DNA of 64,000 nucleotides, from contig CAXXSM010000053.1 in assembly GCA_963663405.2 (NCBI GenBank), forward strand, positions 128,001 to 192,000, given 5' to 3'. Made by a program: the position numbers and the translations under genes. Below, piece after piece: positions 43,700 through 53,618 of the stretch. The notes under the pieces were generated by a model. It made no database searches and was not told where the DNA came from. It was given only the letters and a program-made list of their open reading frames with translations. The DNA comes from a bacterium (GTDB taxonomy: Bacteria > Hinthialibacterota > Hinthialibacteria > Hinthialibacterales > Hinthialibacteraceae). The stretch's first letter is position 1. Each line of letters begins with the position of its first letter.

Positions 43700-43754
43700 C
43701 TGAGGTCGAAGACCGAAGAAACCCCTTCAGCCTTCAGCCTAAAACCTTCAACCT
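43700..43754. repeat. Degenerate heptamer tandem/inverted repeat (CCTTCAG)n
   Basis: CTGAGGTCGAAGACCGAAG ... CCTTCAG CCTTCAG CCTAAAA CCTTCAA CCT. Confidence 0.5.
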
Positions 43755-43755
43755 A

Positions 43756-44790
43756 TTAAAATGAATACCCGACGCCCACGTTGTATTTCCAATCTGCGCT
43801 CTTCCGTCCGGTCGCGGGAGTGTTGTCGTATTCAAAGCGGACACCGGCGTTAAATGACCAGCGGTCCGTCCATTTCCACATAAGAGAACCGTCCGAAATC
43901 GCTAGCCAATCTTCCGTATCTTCAAAGCCCAAGAGAAATTCTGTATTGTGGTTGAATTGAAGAAGGTCTTTAATCAACCACCAATCAAAGTGATACGCTG
44001 CGCGGCCGGCGGCGTAGGTCTCATCATCAACGTCTAATTTAAAATCTTCATTCACGTATGAGAGACCCCCTTCACCGAAGAAGTTATATATCTCGGTTTC
44101 GATCCATTGATACCCTAGACCCAGGCCACCAGTGGATCGCAGGCGCAAATCCTTGATTTCATCCCGATCCAGCCGGCTGTTCAAATAACCAAAGAGTTTT
44201 TTGGTAAAGAAATAATCGTATTTTCCGGAGAGGAACTGGTCGTCGCGGGTGGCGTCGCTGTCGTTCTCCGTATAATAATATCCACCCTTCAACGTGATGC
44301 GGTCGTCATCGCGGCGCCGGTTAAGATCCGCGCTGACGCCTGCTCCTTTCGTATCCGTGTTCCCTTCGGTGATCGAAAGACTTCCCACGATCGAGCCATG
44401 CCATTGAATGGGAGTGGGGGTTGGAGGCGCTGGGGGGGGCGGAGGATCAATGGCGGCGATGTCAGCAGCGTTAACGGAAAACACGGTTTGGCTCGTTTCC
44501 CGTTTCACTTCCAAAGCGTCCGTATCCGTCTTCGACACGGTTCCCACAATCACGCTTCCATCCGAAAGATGAATCGGTTTTGTCTGTTCCGTTTCGATCG
44601 ACGCCACTTGATCCCAAGGGATGGTCAATTCTCCAGCGAATTGGGTTTTGATCGTCACTTTCCCTTGATCCAAATGAATGACTTCACCAACAATTACACT
44701 GCCGTCTTTCGTTTGGATCGTGTCGGCGAAAGAGATCGCGCAGATCGCGCAGGCTAGAATGAGGGATATACAATAGATGCGTGTTTTCAA
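43756..44790 (-). CDS. DUF481/YdiY-like outer-membrane beta-barrel protein
   Basis: TTG start after GAGGA; signal peptide, DTIQTKDGSVIVG N-domain, Pro linker, GNTD, GLGYQW, EYDNTPA, terminal GVGYSF beta-signal. Confidence 0.85.
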   Translation of the reverse strand: MKTRIYCISLILACAICAISFADTIQTKDGSVIVGEVIHLDQGKVTIKTQFAGELTIPWDQVASIETEQTKPIHLSDGSVIVGTVSKTDTDALEVKRETSQTVFSVNAADIAAIDPPPPPAPPTPTPIQWHGSIVGSLSITEGNTDTKGAGVSADLNRRRDDDRITLKGGYYYTENDSDATRDDQFLSGKYDYFFTKKLFGYLNSRLDRDEIKDLRLRSTGGLGLGYQWIETEIYNFFGEGGLSYVNEDFKLDVDDETYAAGRAAYHFDWWLIKDLLQFNHNTEFLLGFEDTEDWLAISDGSLMWKWTDRWSFNAGVRFEYDNTPATGRKSADWKYNVGVGYSF

Positions 44791-44832
44791 TGGTTTCCTC
44801 ACTTTTATATGAAAATGAGTTCCTAAGGGCAT

Positions 44833-44862
44833 GTAGGGTGGGTCGCGTCTTTATGACCCACC
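44833..44862 (+). repeat. Family-C GTAG-type REP variant
   Basis: GTAGGGTGGGTCGCGTCTTTATGACCCACC; stem GGTGGGTC/GACCCACC. Confidence 0.7.
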
Positions 44863-45008
44863 ATTTTTGTGAATCATTCCCTACTTCAACTCATTTTCAT
44901 TTGCAGTTTTGATCTCGATCATGTGGTTTATATTAATTGACTCCAATGTGCAATATAGAAACTCCAACCGCATTGTCAAGGGAATCTTCTATCCATCCGC
45001 TTGAGTTT

Positions 45009-47213
45009 TTATTCTTGTATAGTAATGATTCTCCACGCTATAGAAGTCCGCCCTGCGACGTCACAAACCGCCGCCCTTAGCCGGTACGTTCCTGGACGAT
45101 CGATCCGAAACTGAATGTCGGCTGTATTTTCTTTCAGAGTCTGGTTTTTTTCATACTCGAACGGATGGGAGAGACAGTGATAATCTTCTTCTTCCGGCCC
45201 AAAAAGTTCCCACAATACTTTTTGATTGATATATACGCCGTCTTCATTCGATCCTGGAGTGTAATAGATCGGAGCGGCCCCTTCAGTCAAACGAGCCTTC
45301 GCGGTAATAGTGGTGGGAACATCATCTGTTGATTTCGAAATAGAAACGCCGATTTGGGGAGGCGCCCCATCCGGCCGCATAGGAACTCGTGGATGCGAAA
45401 GAATCGTACGGCGCCCATCCTTCTCCACCGCGATGGTTCCATCTTCAAGAATGCGAACGATCTCCCGGTAGCCGGATGGATCGAACGAATCAAGATCCCA
45501 AAATAAATCAAACGCGATCCCCAATCGAAGACAGCGTTCGATTTCGATAAAGAAATGGTTCATCACAGCGCGGTATGGAACACCATATTGATTGCAGCAT
45601 TCCAGGTTCAATTCCCCAACGCCCCATAGATCGCCTCTCCCCATATGCACATGACCGAAATTATATCCAGGAGGGATTAGAATAGCGATTTCAGCCGCCT
45701 GTTTTAACCGTTCCAAATCCCGATGCGGATGACTTTCAATATGATTCCGCAGATTCCGCGCCAGCGCCAGACATTCACTATAGGGAACGCAGGCCAACCG
45801 ATGGGAATCCCAAAAGAAAAACCGCTCCGCTCCCATGTCATAGGCGTGAGTGAGAAACCAAAACGCGTCGTCCCTGTCTACGGAACCATAGATACTCGTT
45901 CCCCATGTCTTCCCCGTCACCCGCGCCGCGCCCCGCAGAAAACCATAGATGATATCAATGAAATTCTTCGGAGAATCAACGGGAATCTGACATTGATAGG
46001 TCATATTCATTTCAGGCAGTGTCCGCCGGGAACCGATCCGTCCCGGCGGTTCAAACACGATCGCGTCCGGCGGCCCATTCTTCTGTTCGGCCAGCTGATG
46101 CAGCGCCGTGCTGACAAATGTCTCCCATGAATATACATTTTTCTGAAGAAATTCCATCTCTCCGATATCTACATCAGAACGCCCCGCCAATCCGCGTAGC
46201 AGCGCAGTGGGATTCCCTTCGTTTTTCGCTTTCGCAAAGAGTTGTTTAAATTGATCGAAACAGAAATCGAGTGTGATGGATTTTCGAAATTCCAGTTCTT
46301 CCCGCAAACGGGGACGAATGACGTGATCTCTCGTATGAACTCCCGGTTCATCCAAAAAAATTGTGGGGCCAAGGTATGCGCTGCGATACAATTCTTCGGG
46401 ATACCGAATGTCTTTTCCCTGAAGGCCCCAATAAAACACAGGTCTGTAAATAAGCCAATCCGCCTGTTCCCGATCAACGCGAAAACAGTTCATCCCCGCG
46501 TCAATCATCTCATCATAATCAGCCCGCGTCAGGCGGACGAGTTCATAATCCGAATCATCAAACCGCCGCGTATCGTCTACCTGCTTTGTATTATGAGGCA
46601 CGCCGATCAACGCGTCCGGAAGAAGTTCGAGAACGTGAATCTCTGAAGGGCAGGGGATAAAGTCAGATGAAGTCCGGTTTTCAAGTGTATACGAGTTTCC
46701 CAGATACCGCATTCTGTTTGAGACGAGAATGGAATCACCGTTTCCCACAGGCCGGGGCCAAAGATGTTCCCAACCGCCAAGCGCAGGCAGAACCGCTTCA
46801 CCCGTATACTCATGCCGGAACTCAACGGCTTGCCGATTTCCTTCCTGCAGGATATACCGTTTAATCGATTGCTCGTCTTTCTCAACCGTCGTAGAAGGAT
46901 ACCCGCTGGATAAAATCCAAATCGTAAAACGTTCTTGATTCGTCTTCACCCCATCCAGCCGCAGCCATTGCAATCGTTCTCCCTCTTTTTCCTTCAATGG
47001 GCCAAGGCGAAGACATACTCTCTCTACAACCGATTCAGGAATCGCTCCGTCATTTTCCAAACGGTATTCCACCATAAGATCCGGTTCCCCGATCGGATAC
47101 TCTTGTCCTGCGGCGATATCAAGACTCAAGAAAAAGGCGCACAAAGAAATTAAAAACGTATAATACATCCAGAATACTCCTATCCTCATTTCATGACCTG
47201 CAAACAGAATCAA
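45009..47213 (-). CDS. Secreted hypothetical protein (734 aa; true start may be a later Met)
   Basis: Long ORF with signal peptide (MYYTFLISLCAFFLSLDIAAG), FLDEPG and FFFWD suggest a GH-like barrel; no family recognised. Confidence 0.7.
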   Translation of the reverse strand: MILFAGHEMRIGVFWMYYTFLISLCAFFLSLDIAAGQEYPIGEPDLMVEYRLENDGAIPESVVERVCLRLGPLKEKEGERLQWLRLDGVKTNQERFTIWILSSGYPSTTVEKDEQSIKRYILQEGNRQAVEFRHEYTGEAVLPALGGWEHLWPRPVGNGDSILVSNRMRYLGNSYTLENRTSSDFIPCPSEIHVLELLPDALIGVPHNTKQVDDTRRFDDSDYELVRLTRADYDEMIDAGMNCFRVDREQADWLIYRPVFYWGLQGKDIRYPEELYRSAYLGPTIFLDEPGVHTRDHVIRPRLREELEFRKSITLDFCFDQFKQLFAKAKNEGNPTALLRGLAGRSDVDIGEMEFLQKNVYSWETFVSTALHQLAEQKNGPPDAIVFEPPGRIGSRRTLPEMNMTYQCQIPVDSPKNFIDIIYGFLRGAARVTGKTWGTSIYGSVDRDDAFWFLTHAYDMGAERFFFWDSHRLACVPYSECLALARNLRNHIESHPHRDLERLKQAAEIAILIPPGYNFGHVHMGRGDLWGVGELNLECCNQYGVPYRAVMNHFFIEIERCLRLGIAFDLFWDLDSFDPSGYREIVRILEDGTIAVEKDGRRTILSHPRVPMRPDGAPPQIGVSISKSTDDVPTTITAKARLTEGAAPIYYTPGSNEDGVYINQKVLWELFGPEEEDYHCLSHPFEYEKNQTLKENTADIQFRIDRPGTYRLRAAVCDVAGRTSIAWRIITIQE

Positions 47214-47535
47214 TTCTGTAAACGTTTAATTATTCAATTTGCTGCTCTATACAAAAGGTTTAGATAATCATAACATAGAGTTTTTAAGAACGTCAATGTT
47301 GTGAAAGTTAAAAGCATAAAGTTTTTTGCTTTTTGCTTTGAGTTTATTGATGGTAAGTTTAATGTAATATTTTTAAAATCTTGATTTCTTATTGATCTAG
47401 AGGGTGAAGTTCTTTCGAATATCATTCAGCATTGCATGAACTATGAAAATTGCAGTTTAATTAATATATGAGGTAGAAAGATAGACTATTAAATTTCTTT
47501 TGTTTATTTAATGTAGTGATGAAAAGGGAATTGCT

Positions 47536-48606
47536 GTGAATAATCAGAATGATATATCTTCACTATATACTCTCATTGGATTTATTGTTGGTGTATTTGG
47601 TTTTGTTTTAGGTATATATGGTATTGCTTGTACTCTTATTACATCTAAAACAAAACATAATTTTCTTTGGGTGATTTTTGTGATAATCGTATGCAGTAGT
47701 ATTTTAATAATTGGATATATCCTATTTAATAAATTTACTTCTCAATATCCTACGGGGAATAATGAAATTCTACCAACGCGAATTCAACCTACATTTACAC
47801 CTACAATAAAACCTACAAATTCACAAAGTTTACCTTCAAGAATTGAGTTTCAATTATTAGATGAAATTACAATTATCTTTACCGAAATCCAACCAGATAC
47901 ATTTATTATGGGTAGTCCAGATGATGAGATAGATAAGAAGGATACTGATAATGACGAATTATTGCACCGAGTTTCAATTACTCAATCTTTTTGGATATCA
48001 ATATATGAAGTAACAAATGAACAATACTTATGCTTTGATCAGAAACATTCTAGTGGGGAGCATTATGATGATCCAAAACAACCCGTAGTTAATGTTACTT
48101 GGGATAATGCTTTTTCTTTTTGCGAATGGATCTCAAATTATCTGGGTAAAAATATCAATTTACCAACTGAAGCGCAATGGGAATATGCTTGTCGAGCTGA
48201 AACAACTGAACGAAGATATTGGAAAGAGGATAGTGGTAGTTTGCAAACATGTAAATATGCAAATGTTGCAGATATGTCATATAAGAAATTAAGAAATAAT
48301 ATTACAAACTACTTCAAATGTAACGATCAATATATGTTTACCGCACCGGTAGGACAATTTCTTCCAAATAAGTATGGATTATATGATATGCAGGGAAATG
48401 TTTATGAATGGTGTTTGGATTATTATAGAAAATATCCAGATTTAGATCAAGTTGATCCTAAAGGACCAACAGAAGGAAGTAAACGTGTTCTCAGAGGTGG
48501 ATCGTTTACAAGTGCTGCTGGAGATATACGCTCAGCAGATAGGTTTAGTAAGACACCAAATTACAAAAAAGAAACTGTTGGATTTAGAGTAGTTCTTATA
48601 CCGTAG
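47536..48606 (+). CDS. FGE-sulfatase (SUMF1/C-type lectin fold) domain protein with two N-terminal TM helices; AT-rich
   Basis: FIMGSP, YEVTNEQY, PVVNVTW, LPTEAQWEYACRA, PNKYGLYDMQGNVYEWC, RVLRGGS, GFRVV. Confidence 0.92.
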   Translation: MNNQNDISSLYTLIGFIVGVFGFVLGIYGIACTLITSKTKHNFLWVIFVIIVCSSILIIGYILFNKFTSQYPTGNNEILPTRIQPTFTPTIKPTNSQSLPSRIEFQLLDEITIIFTEIQPDTFIMGSPDDEIDKKDTDNDELLHRVSITQSFWISIYEVTNEQYLCFDQKHSSGEHYDDPKQPVVNVTWDNAFSFCEWISNYLGKNINLPTEAQWEYACRAETTERRYWKEDSGSLQTCKYANVADMSYKKLRNNITNYFKCNDQYMFTAPVGQFLPNKYGLYDMQGNVYEWCLDYYRKYPDLDQVDPKGPTEGSKRVLRGGSFTSAAGDIRSADRFSKTPNYKKETVGFRVVLIP

Positions 48607-50384
48607 TTAATGGAGGTGTATTTAATGAGAAGCAATATCAATTACATTGCATGGGCGTTTCTTTGTACGATTCTGATCGGAGCGGCATCTCCCCTGCAAG
48701 CGGCCTCATCGAATTCGATCGCAATAGAAGCGCAGGATCTTACCGGCCTGCGTGGATTACGGCCTGTATCCGGTGGAATTCCCATCGCGGAAGGAGAAGC
48801 GCCGGAAGGAACAACGTTCACGCTGCTCGATGAAAACGGCGCCCCTGTCCCCTGTCAAACATCCACACTAGGCGTATGGAAAGATAAAAGCGTCAAGTGG
48901 ACACTGCTAAATTTCCAAGCCGATCCACCTCCCAATGGAATGAGTCAATATCAACTCGTCTGGGGAAAGGAAAATCCACAAGCCAATCCCAAAATTCCAG
49001 TTGAAGTGGAAACCGGCGCCATTCCCATCCTGCGCACCGGCGCTCTCACAATCCGCCCCATTGAAACCGGTGTCCTGCGCATAGCGGAACGGTTGGATAT
49101 TGCGTTCACGCTCGATCGCGCCAACGGCGTTGTCGAATCGATCGAGGTGGAAGAAGAAGGATCGATACGATCAACGCTTCGGTTGAAAGGATCGTTTCAA
49201 ACAAACGAAGGCGCGCGGATTGTTAGCTTTCAAATGATAGTCTCGATCTATGCCGGATTATCGAAAATCTTTCTCGAACCGTTAATCCTCATCGATCCAG
49301 AGGAAGAGATTATTCAATACATCCACGATCTAAGCCTGCGGTTCAAAATTCTCCATCCGCTCCAGTCCGCTAAAATCGGAGGTGATACCGAATGGCATGG
49401 GGGAGCGGAATCCAATGTACGGCTCTTTCAAATCGATGATAGACAATACGAAATTGAAGGAACCACTCTCAAAGGAGAGAAAGCGCCGGGTTGGGCGGAG
49501 ATCACGGATGAGCAAGGAACGATGGCGTTCGCGATCCGGGATTTCTGGCAGGAATGGCCCAAGAGCATTGCAGTGAAGGATAACCAACTGGCGATTGGTT
49601 TATTCCCTTCTTTTGAAGCAGGCGCCTTTGATCATATGGAACCTTGGTACAAATACGATTATCTGTTCAAAGACAACACATACCGCCTGCGCACAGGCCA
49701 AGCGCGCCGGTGGCGGATTTGGATCGATCTGGAGGGAAACGGAGCCGCATTAGTGAAACATGCCAACGCGCCATTGGTTCCATCCACCGATCCCAAACAA
49801 GCGATCGCGGCGGGAGTATGGGGCTGGATTGCCCCCGCGGGCTCTCCAGGAATGGATGAGTACGACCGATGGGCCGAGAATCTTTTCTTCAATGGTTATT
49901 GCCACTCGATTAAAGAACAACGCGATTACGGCGCGATGAATTGGGGCGATTGGTTCGGTGAACGGCGCGTCAATTGGGGAAACCACGAATACGACACTCC
50001 CAAACATATCCTGGTCCAATTCGCGCGGACAGGCGATCCACGCTATTTTCATATGGGAGACACCGCCGCGCGGCATACAAGCGAAGTGGACGTTGTCCAT
50101 TTTATCAATGAGGATTTAAGGCGCTATTTCAACGAGAGCTCCGATTATCCAGCGCGGCCGGGAATCGTTCACCAACATATGGTTGGACACGTCGGTGGTT
50201 TTCATAGCATGGAACAAATGAAGGAACTGTATCTCTCCTTCAATGTTGGAAACACCGATAATCCATACATTTGTTGGAGCCCATTCAACCTGGGGCACAT
50301 CTGGACGCAGGGAATGGTCTATCAATATTTTCTCACGGGCGATCCCTGGGTAAAAGAGACAATCCAAAAGATCGGCGATAATCT

Positions 50385-52715
50385 CAGACCTCCTGAGCTG
50401 GGCCGGGGGATTCCGTAGAGTTGATGATTTTGGCAAGATACCTTTTTGGGGATAAAAACGATCGATCCAAAAAGGAGCCCGGTTGATGCCACAAGGATTC
50501 TTACCCCACTTTGCCGATGTCGAGGAAGGCTACATCACCGATGTACTCTCGTACCGGAAGCAGGACGGTTCGGTCTATTATTTTCATGGCGCCTTTCCTA
50601 TTTACACGCATCCGGAAACCGATCAAAAGAGTTTCCGTTTGATTACCAGTCAGTTTGTCGTGAACGGGCAATGCACGCAAATGGAGATTGTCCGAGCGTT
50701 TGGCGTGAGCGCGATCAGCGTGAAGCGGTGGGTCAAGAAATACCGGAAAGGCGGAGCGGCGGCGTTTTTTGAAACGCCTCGAACGCGAGGCGCGCATGTC
50801 TTGACAAAAGACGTCCTCCAGCAAGCGCAAGAGTTCTTGAACGAGGGGCTCTCTCGAGCGGAGATCGCCGATCAGTTGGGCCTTAAGCGGAATACGTTGA
50901 ATAAGGCGATCCAAGCCGGCCGCCTGGTGGAGCCGCTAAAAAAAACGATGCCGGAGGCCGCCCGAAAAGCGAGCGAAGCGTAGAAGACAGCCAAGCGGCG
51001 ATGGGGATGGGCTGTACGCGAATGGTGGAGCGGGTCTGCGCGGCGACCGGGCAGTTGGAGGAAGCCCCGACTCGTTTCGAGACGGAATTGGATGTGGCGC
51101 AAGGCGGCGTGTTATGGGCGATGCCCGCGTTACTCGCCAACGGGCTGCTGAAGAATGTCTCGAAGAACTTTTCTCTCCCCAAAGGATTTTACAGTTGCGT
51201 CCACATTTTTATTGTGTTGGCTTTCATGGCGTTGACGCGGATCAAAACGCCGGAACAGTTGCGCTATCATCCCGCGGGGGAAGGGGGCAAGTTACTGGGC
51301 TTAGATCGAATTCCCGAAGTGCGGACCCTGCGGGAAAAAATCAAAATTCTCGCCCAACCAGACCAGATCAAAGAATGGGGGGACGAATTGTCCCGGGAGT
51401 GGATGGAGGCGGATCCGGACGCGGCGGGCGTTTTATATGTCGATGGTCATGTCCGCGTCTATCACGGTTCGCAAACGAAACTGCCCCGCCGCTATGTCGC
51501 GCGTCAACGATTATGTTTGCGTGGACTCACCGACTATTGGGTGAACGACGGCGAAGGCCGCCCCTTCTTTGTGGTGAGCACTCCATTCACCACCGGCTTG
51601 TTGGATCGGCTCAAACAAGACATTGTTCCACAGTTGCTAAAAGATGTTCCCCATCAACCCACAGCCGAAACCCTCGAATCCAATCCTTATTTCCACCGGT
51701 TCATCCTGGTGTTCGACCGGGAAGGCTATAGCCCTGAGTTCTTCGCTCAGATGTGGGATTCGCGGATCGCGTGTCAAACGTACCGCAAGTTTCAGGGAGA
51801 AGATTGGCCAGTTTCAGAATTCGAGACAGTGAATGTGCGTCTGCCTGGTGGGCATGAATCGCCGATGCGCTTGGCCGAGAGAGGCGTCTTTCTGGGAGGA
51901 AAAATCTGGGTGCGGGAGATTCGCAAGTTGGGGGATACAGGGCATCAAACCGCTGTGATCAGTACGGATTATACATCGGATGCGAGTCAACTGGCGGCGC
52001 ATATGTTCGCGCGTTGGTGTCAGGAAAACTTCTTTCGGTACATGATGGAACACTTTCATTTAGATGGACTTATCGGGTATGAAACGGTCTTGCCGGATGA
52101 GACGATGAAAGTGGTGAATCCGGCCTATCGGAAATTGGAAAGTCAGATCAAAAGCCTGGCGGGGAAAAAGACTCGAAAGCAAGCGGAATTCGGCGCCCTT
52201 GTCCTAAAGGAATCCTCCGATCCGAAAGAGATCGAATGCTATGAAATCCAGAAAGGCGCCCTCCTTGAAGAGATCGGAGGGATGGAGAAACAACTCGATG
52301 AGTTCAAGCGGAGCCGGAAGCAAACGAAAAAGCATATCGCGTTTGTGGACTTGCCAGAGGAGGCAAAATTTCACCAATTGGCTCCAGCGAAGAAACAATT
52401 CATGGATACGATTCGAATGATTGCGTATCGGGCGGAAACGGCGATGGTGGCAATCCTGCGGGAGGTGCTGAGCCGGGGAGACGATGCGCGTTCGTTGGCG
52501 CGGGAAATCATGACCACCGAGGCGGATCTGATTCCCGATGAAGAAAAAGAGATTCTCACGGTTCGGCTCCATCACTTGACCAACCGCCTTTCCGATCAAG
52601 CCGCCCGTCATTTGGCCGCTCAATTGAATGAAACCGAAACCATTTATCCTGGCACGAATCTACGTCTCGTTTACCAATTGGTGTCAGATCAATATCCCCC
52701 AGATCAGGAGGCCTG
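50385..52715 (+). mobile_element. Intact insertion sequence, 2,331 bp, 18 bp imperfect terminal IRs, 5 bp TSD AATCT
   Basis: Left CAGACCTCCTGAGCTGGG; right end reverse complement CAGGCCTCCTGATCTGGG; AATCT at 50380-50384 and 52716-52720. Confidence 0.95.
50483..50983 (+). CDS. IS OrfA, helix-turn-helix protein
   Basis: QMEIVRAFGVSAISVKRWVKKYR and GLSRAEIADQLGLKRNTLNKAI HTH motifs. Confidence 0.85.
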   Translation: MMPQGFLPHFADVEEGYITDVLSYRKQDGSVYYFHGAFPIYTHPETDQKSFRLITSQFVVNGQCTQMEIVRAFGVSAISVKRWVKKYRKGGAAAFFETPRTRGAHVLTKDVLQQAQEFLNEGLSRAEIADQLGLKRNTLNKAIQAGRLVEPLKKTMPEAARKASEA

Positions 52716-52716
52716 A
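51001..52716 (+). CDS. IS OrfB, DDE-type transposase (probably fused to OrfA by -1 frameshift)
   Basis: LYVDGHVRVY, LVFDREGYS, MFARWCQENFFRY (D-D-E, IS4-superfamily-like R-W-x-x-E-N-x-F-R). Confidence 0.88.
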   Translation: MGMGCTRMVERVCAATGQLEEAPTRFETELDVAQGGVLWAMPALLANGLLKNVSKNFSLPKGFYSCVHIFIVLAFMALTRIKTPEQLRYHPAGEGGKLLGLDRIPEVRTLREKIKILAQPDQIKEWGDELSREWMEADPDAAGVLYVDGHVRVYHGSQTKLPRRYVARQRLCLRGLTDYWVNDGEGRPFFVVSTPFTTGLLDRLKQDIVPQLLKDVPHQPTAETLESNPYFHRFILVFDREGYSPEFFAQMWDSRIACQTYRKFQGEDWPVSEFETVNVRLPGGHESPMRLAERGVFLGGKIWVREIRKLGDTGHQTAVISTDYTSDASQLAAHMFARWCQENFFRYMMEHFHLDGLIGYETVLPDETMKVVNPAYRKLESQIKSLAGKKTRKQAEFGALVLKESSDPKEIECYEIQKGALLEEIGGMEKQLDEFKRSRKQTKKHIAFVDLPEEAKFHQLAPAKKQFMDTIRMIAYRAETAMVAILREVLSRGDDARSLAREIMTTEADLIPDEEKEILTVRLHHLTNRLSDQAARHLAAQLNETETIYPGTNLRLVYQLVSDQYPPDQEA

Positions 52717-53456
52717 ATCTAGTCCAGCTCGTTCTCGATCGGAAATTCAAATTCAAAGGGCACAGTCACTGCGGCCGGGTCAACGGCTGGACCATGCTCG
52801 CGATCGCGGGCGCTTCCGAACTGAATCCGCTTGATCCACGCTATCTCGAAGCGATGAAACTGCTCGCCGATGACGCCCTTTCCGAGCAGGATCCCAACTC
52901 TGGGGGGTGGCATTACACACTCCCTTGGGGGCACTGCAACTGCAAAACGAAGCATGTGGGAGAAGCGGGCTTTATTGGATCGATTCGGATCAACGGTCTA
53001 TGCGAATATTACGAACGGACAGGGGATGAGCGCATTCCAGATGCGGTTCGCCGGGCCGTGACGCATCTCAATCGAGACACGTGGCAGGAACAATACAGCG
53101 GATGGCGCTACACGTCATGTCCCGCGTCTTCATCTGGACCGGGCCGTCAAACCGGCGTGACGGTCATGGCTCTCGTGAACAGCGTAAAACTCACCGGTGA
53201 TCCCGAACATTTACGCATATTAAAAAAAGCCTGGAAAGCCAAATTTGAACGGTTAAAAACAGCCCCCGCCTCAAGTCCCGGTTTTGGAAAAACCTACTCA
53301 ACCATTGTTTACGGCTGCCCGGAAGCAATGAACCTATTCATAAACGGAGGCCAATACACGGAATCGGCAAAGGAAGAATGATTAAGTAAGGTTTTCTGGC
53401 TCATCCGGTGAGTGAGTGCGTTTCGAAAAAACGAACCGAATTCTTTAAAAAAGAGT

Positions 53457-53490
53457 GGGTAGCAAAGGCAAGGCGTTTTTCTGCCTTTGC
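53457..53490 (+). repeat. Family-A REP-like palindrome
   Basis: GGGTAGCAAAGGCAAGGCGTTTTTCTGCCTTTGC between convergent genes. Confidence 0.85.
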
Positions 53491-53618
53491 CTTATTCCAA
53501 ACCATATTCGAATAGCGCAATAACTGATATCCCTCTAATTCTATGTGATCATTGTTGGAAGAGATCATTAATAAGTACTCACTTGCCAAATAAACCATAT
53601 TCTGTAAACAAAACAAAA

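Larger units (their letters stand above)
48610..53381 (+). pseudogene. Secreted YetA/exo-rhamnogalacturonan lyase (PL26)-like protein interrupted by an IS
   Basis: PVSGGIP...WKDKSVKW, RDFWQEWPK, YGAMNWGDW, WGNHEYD. Excising the IS plus one TSD restores IGDNL|VQLVLDRKF...GWTMLAI in frame to 53381 (811 aa). Confidence 0.82.

Noticed and set aside
47536-48606. Diversity-generating retroelement
   Set aside because: A CLec/FGE domain is present, but there is no reverse transcriptase, avd or template repeat in the window.
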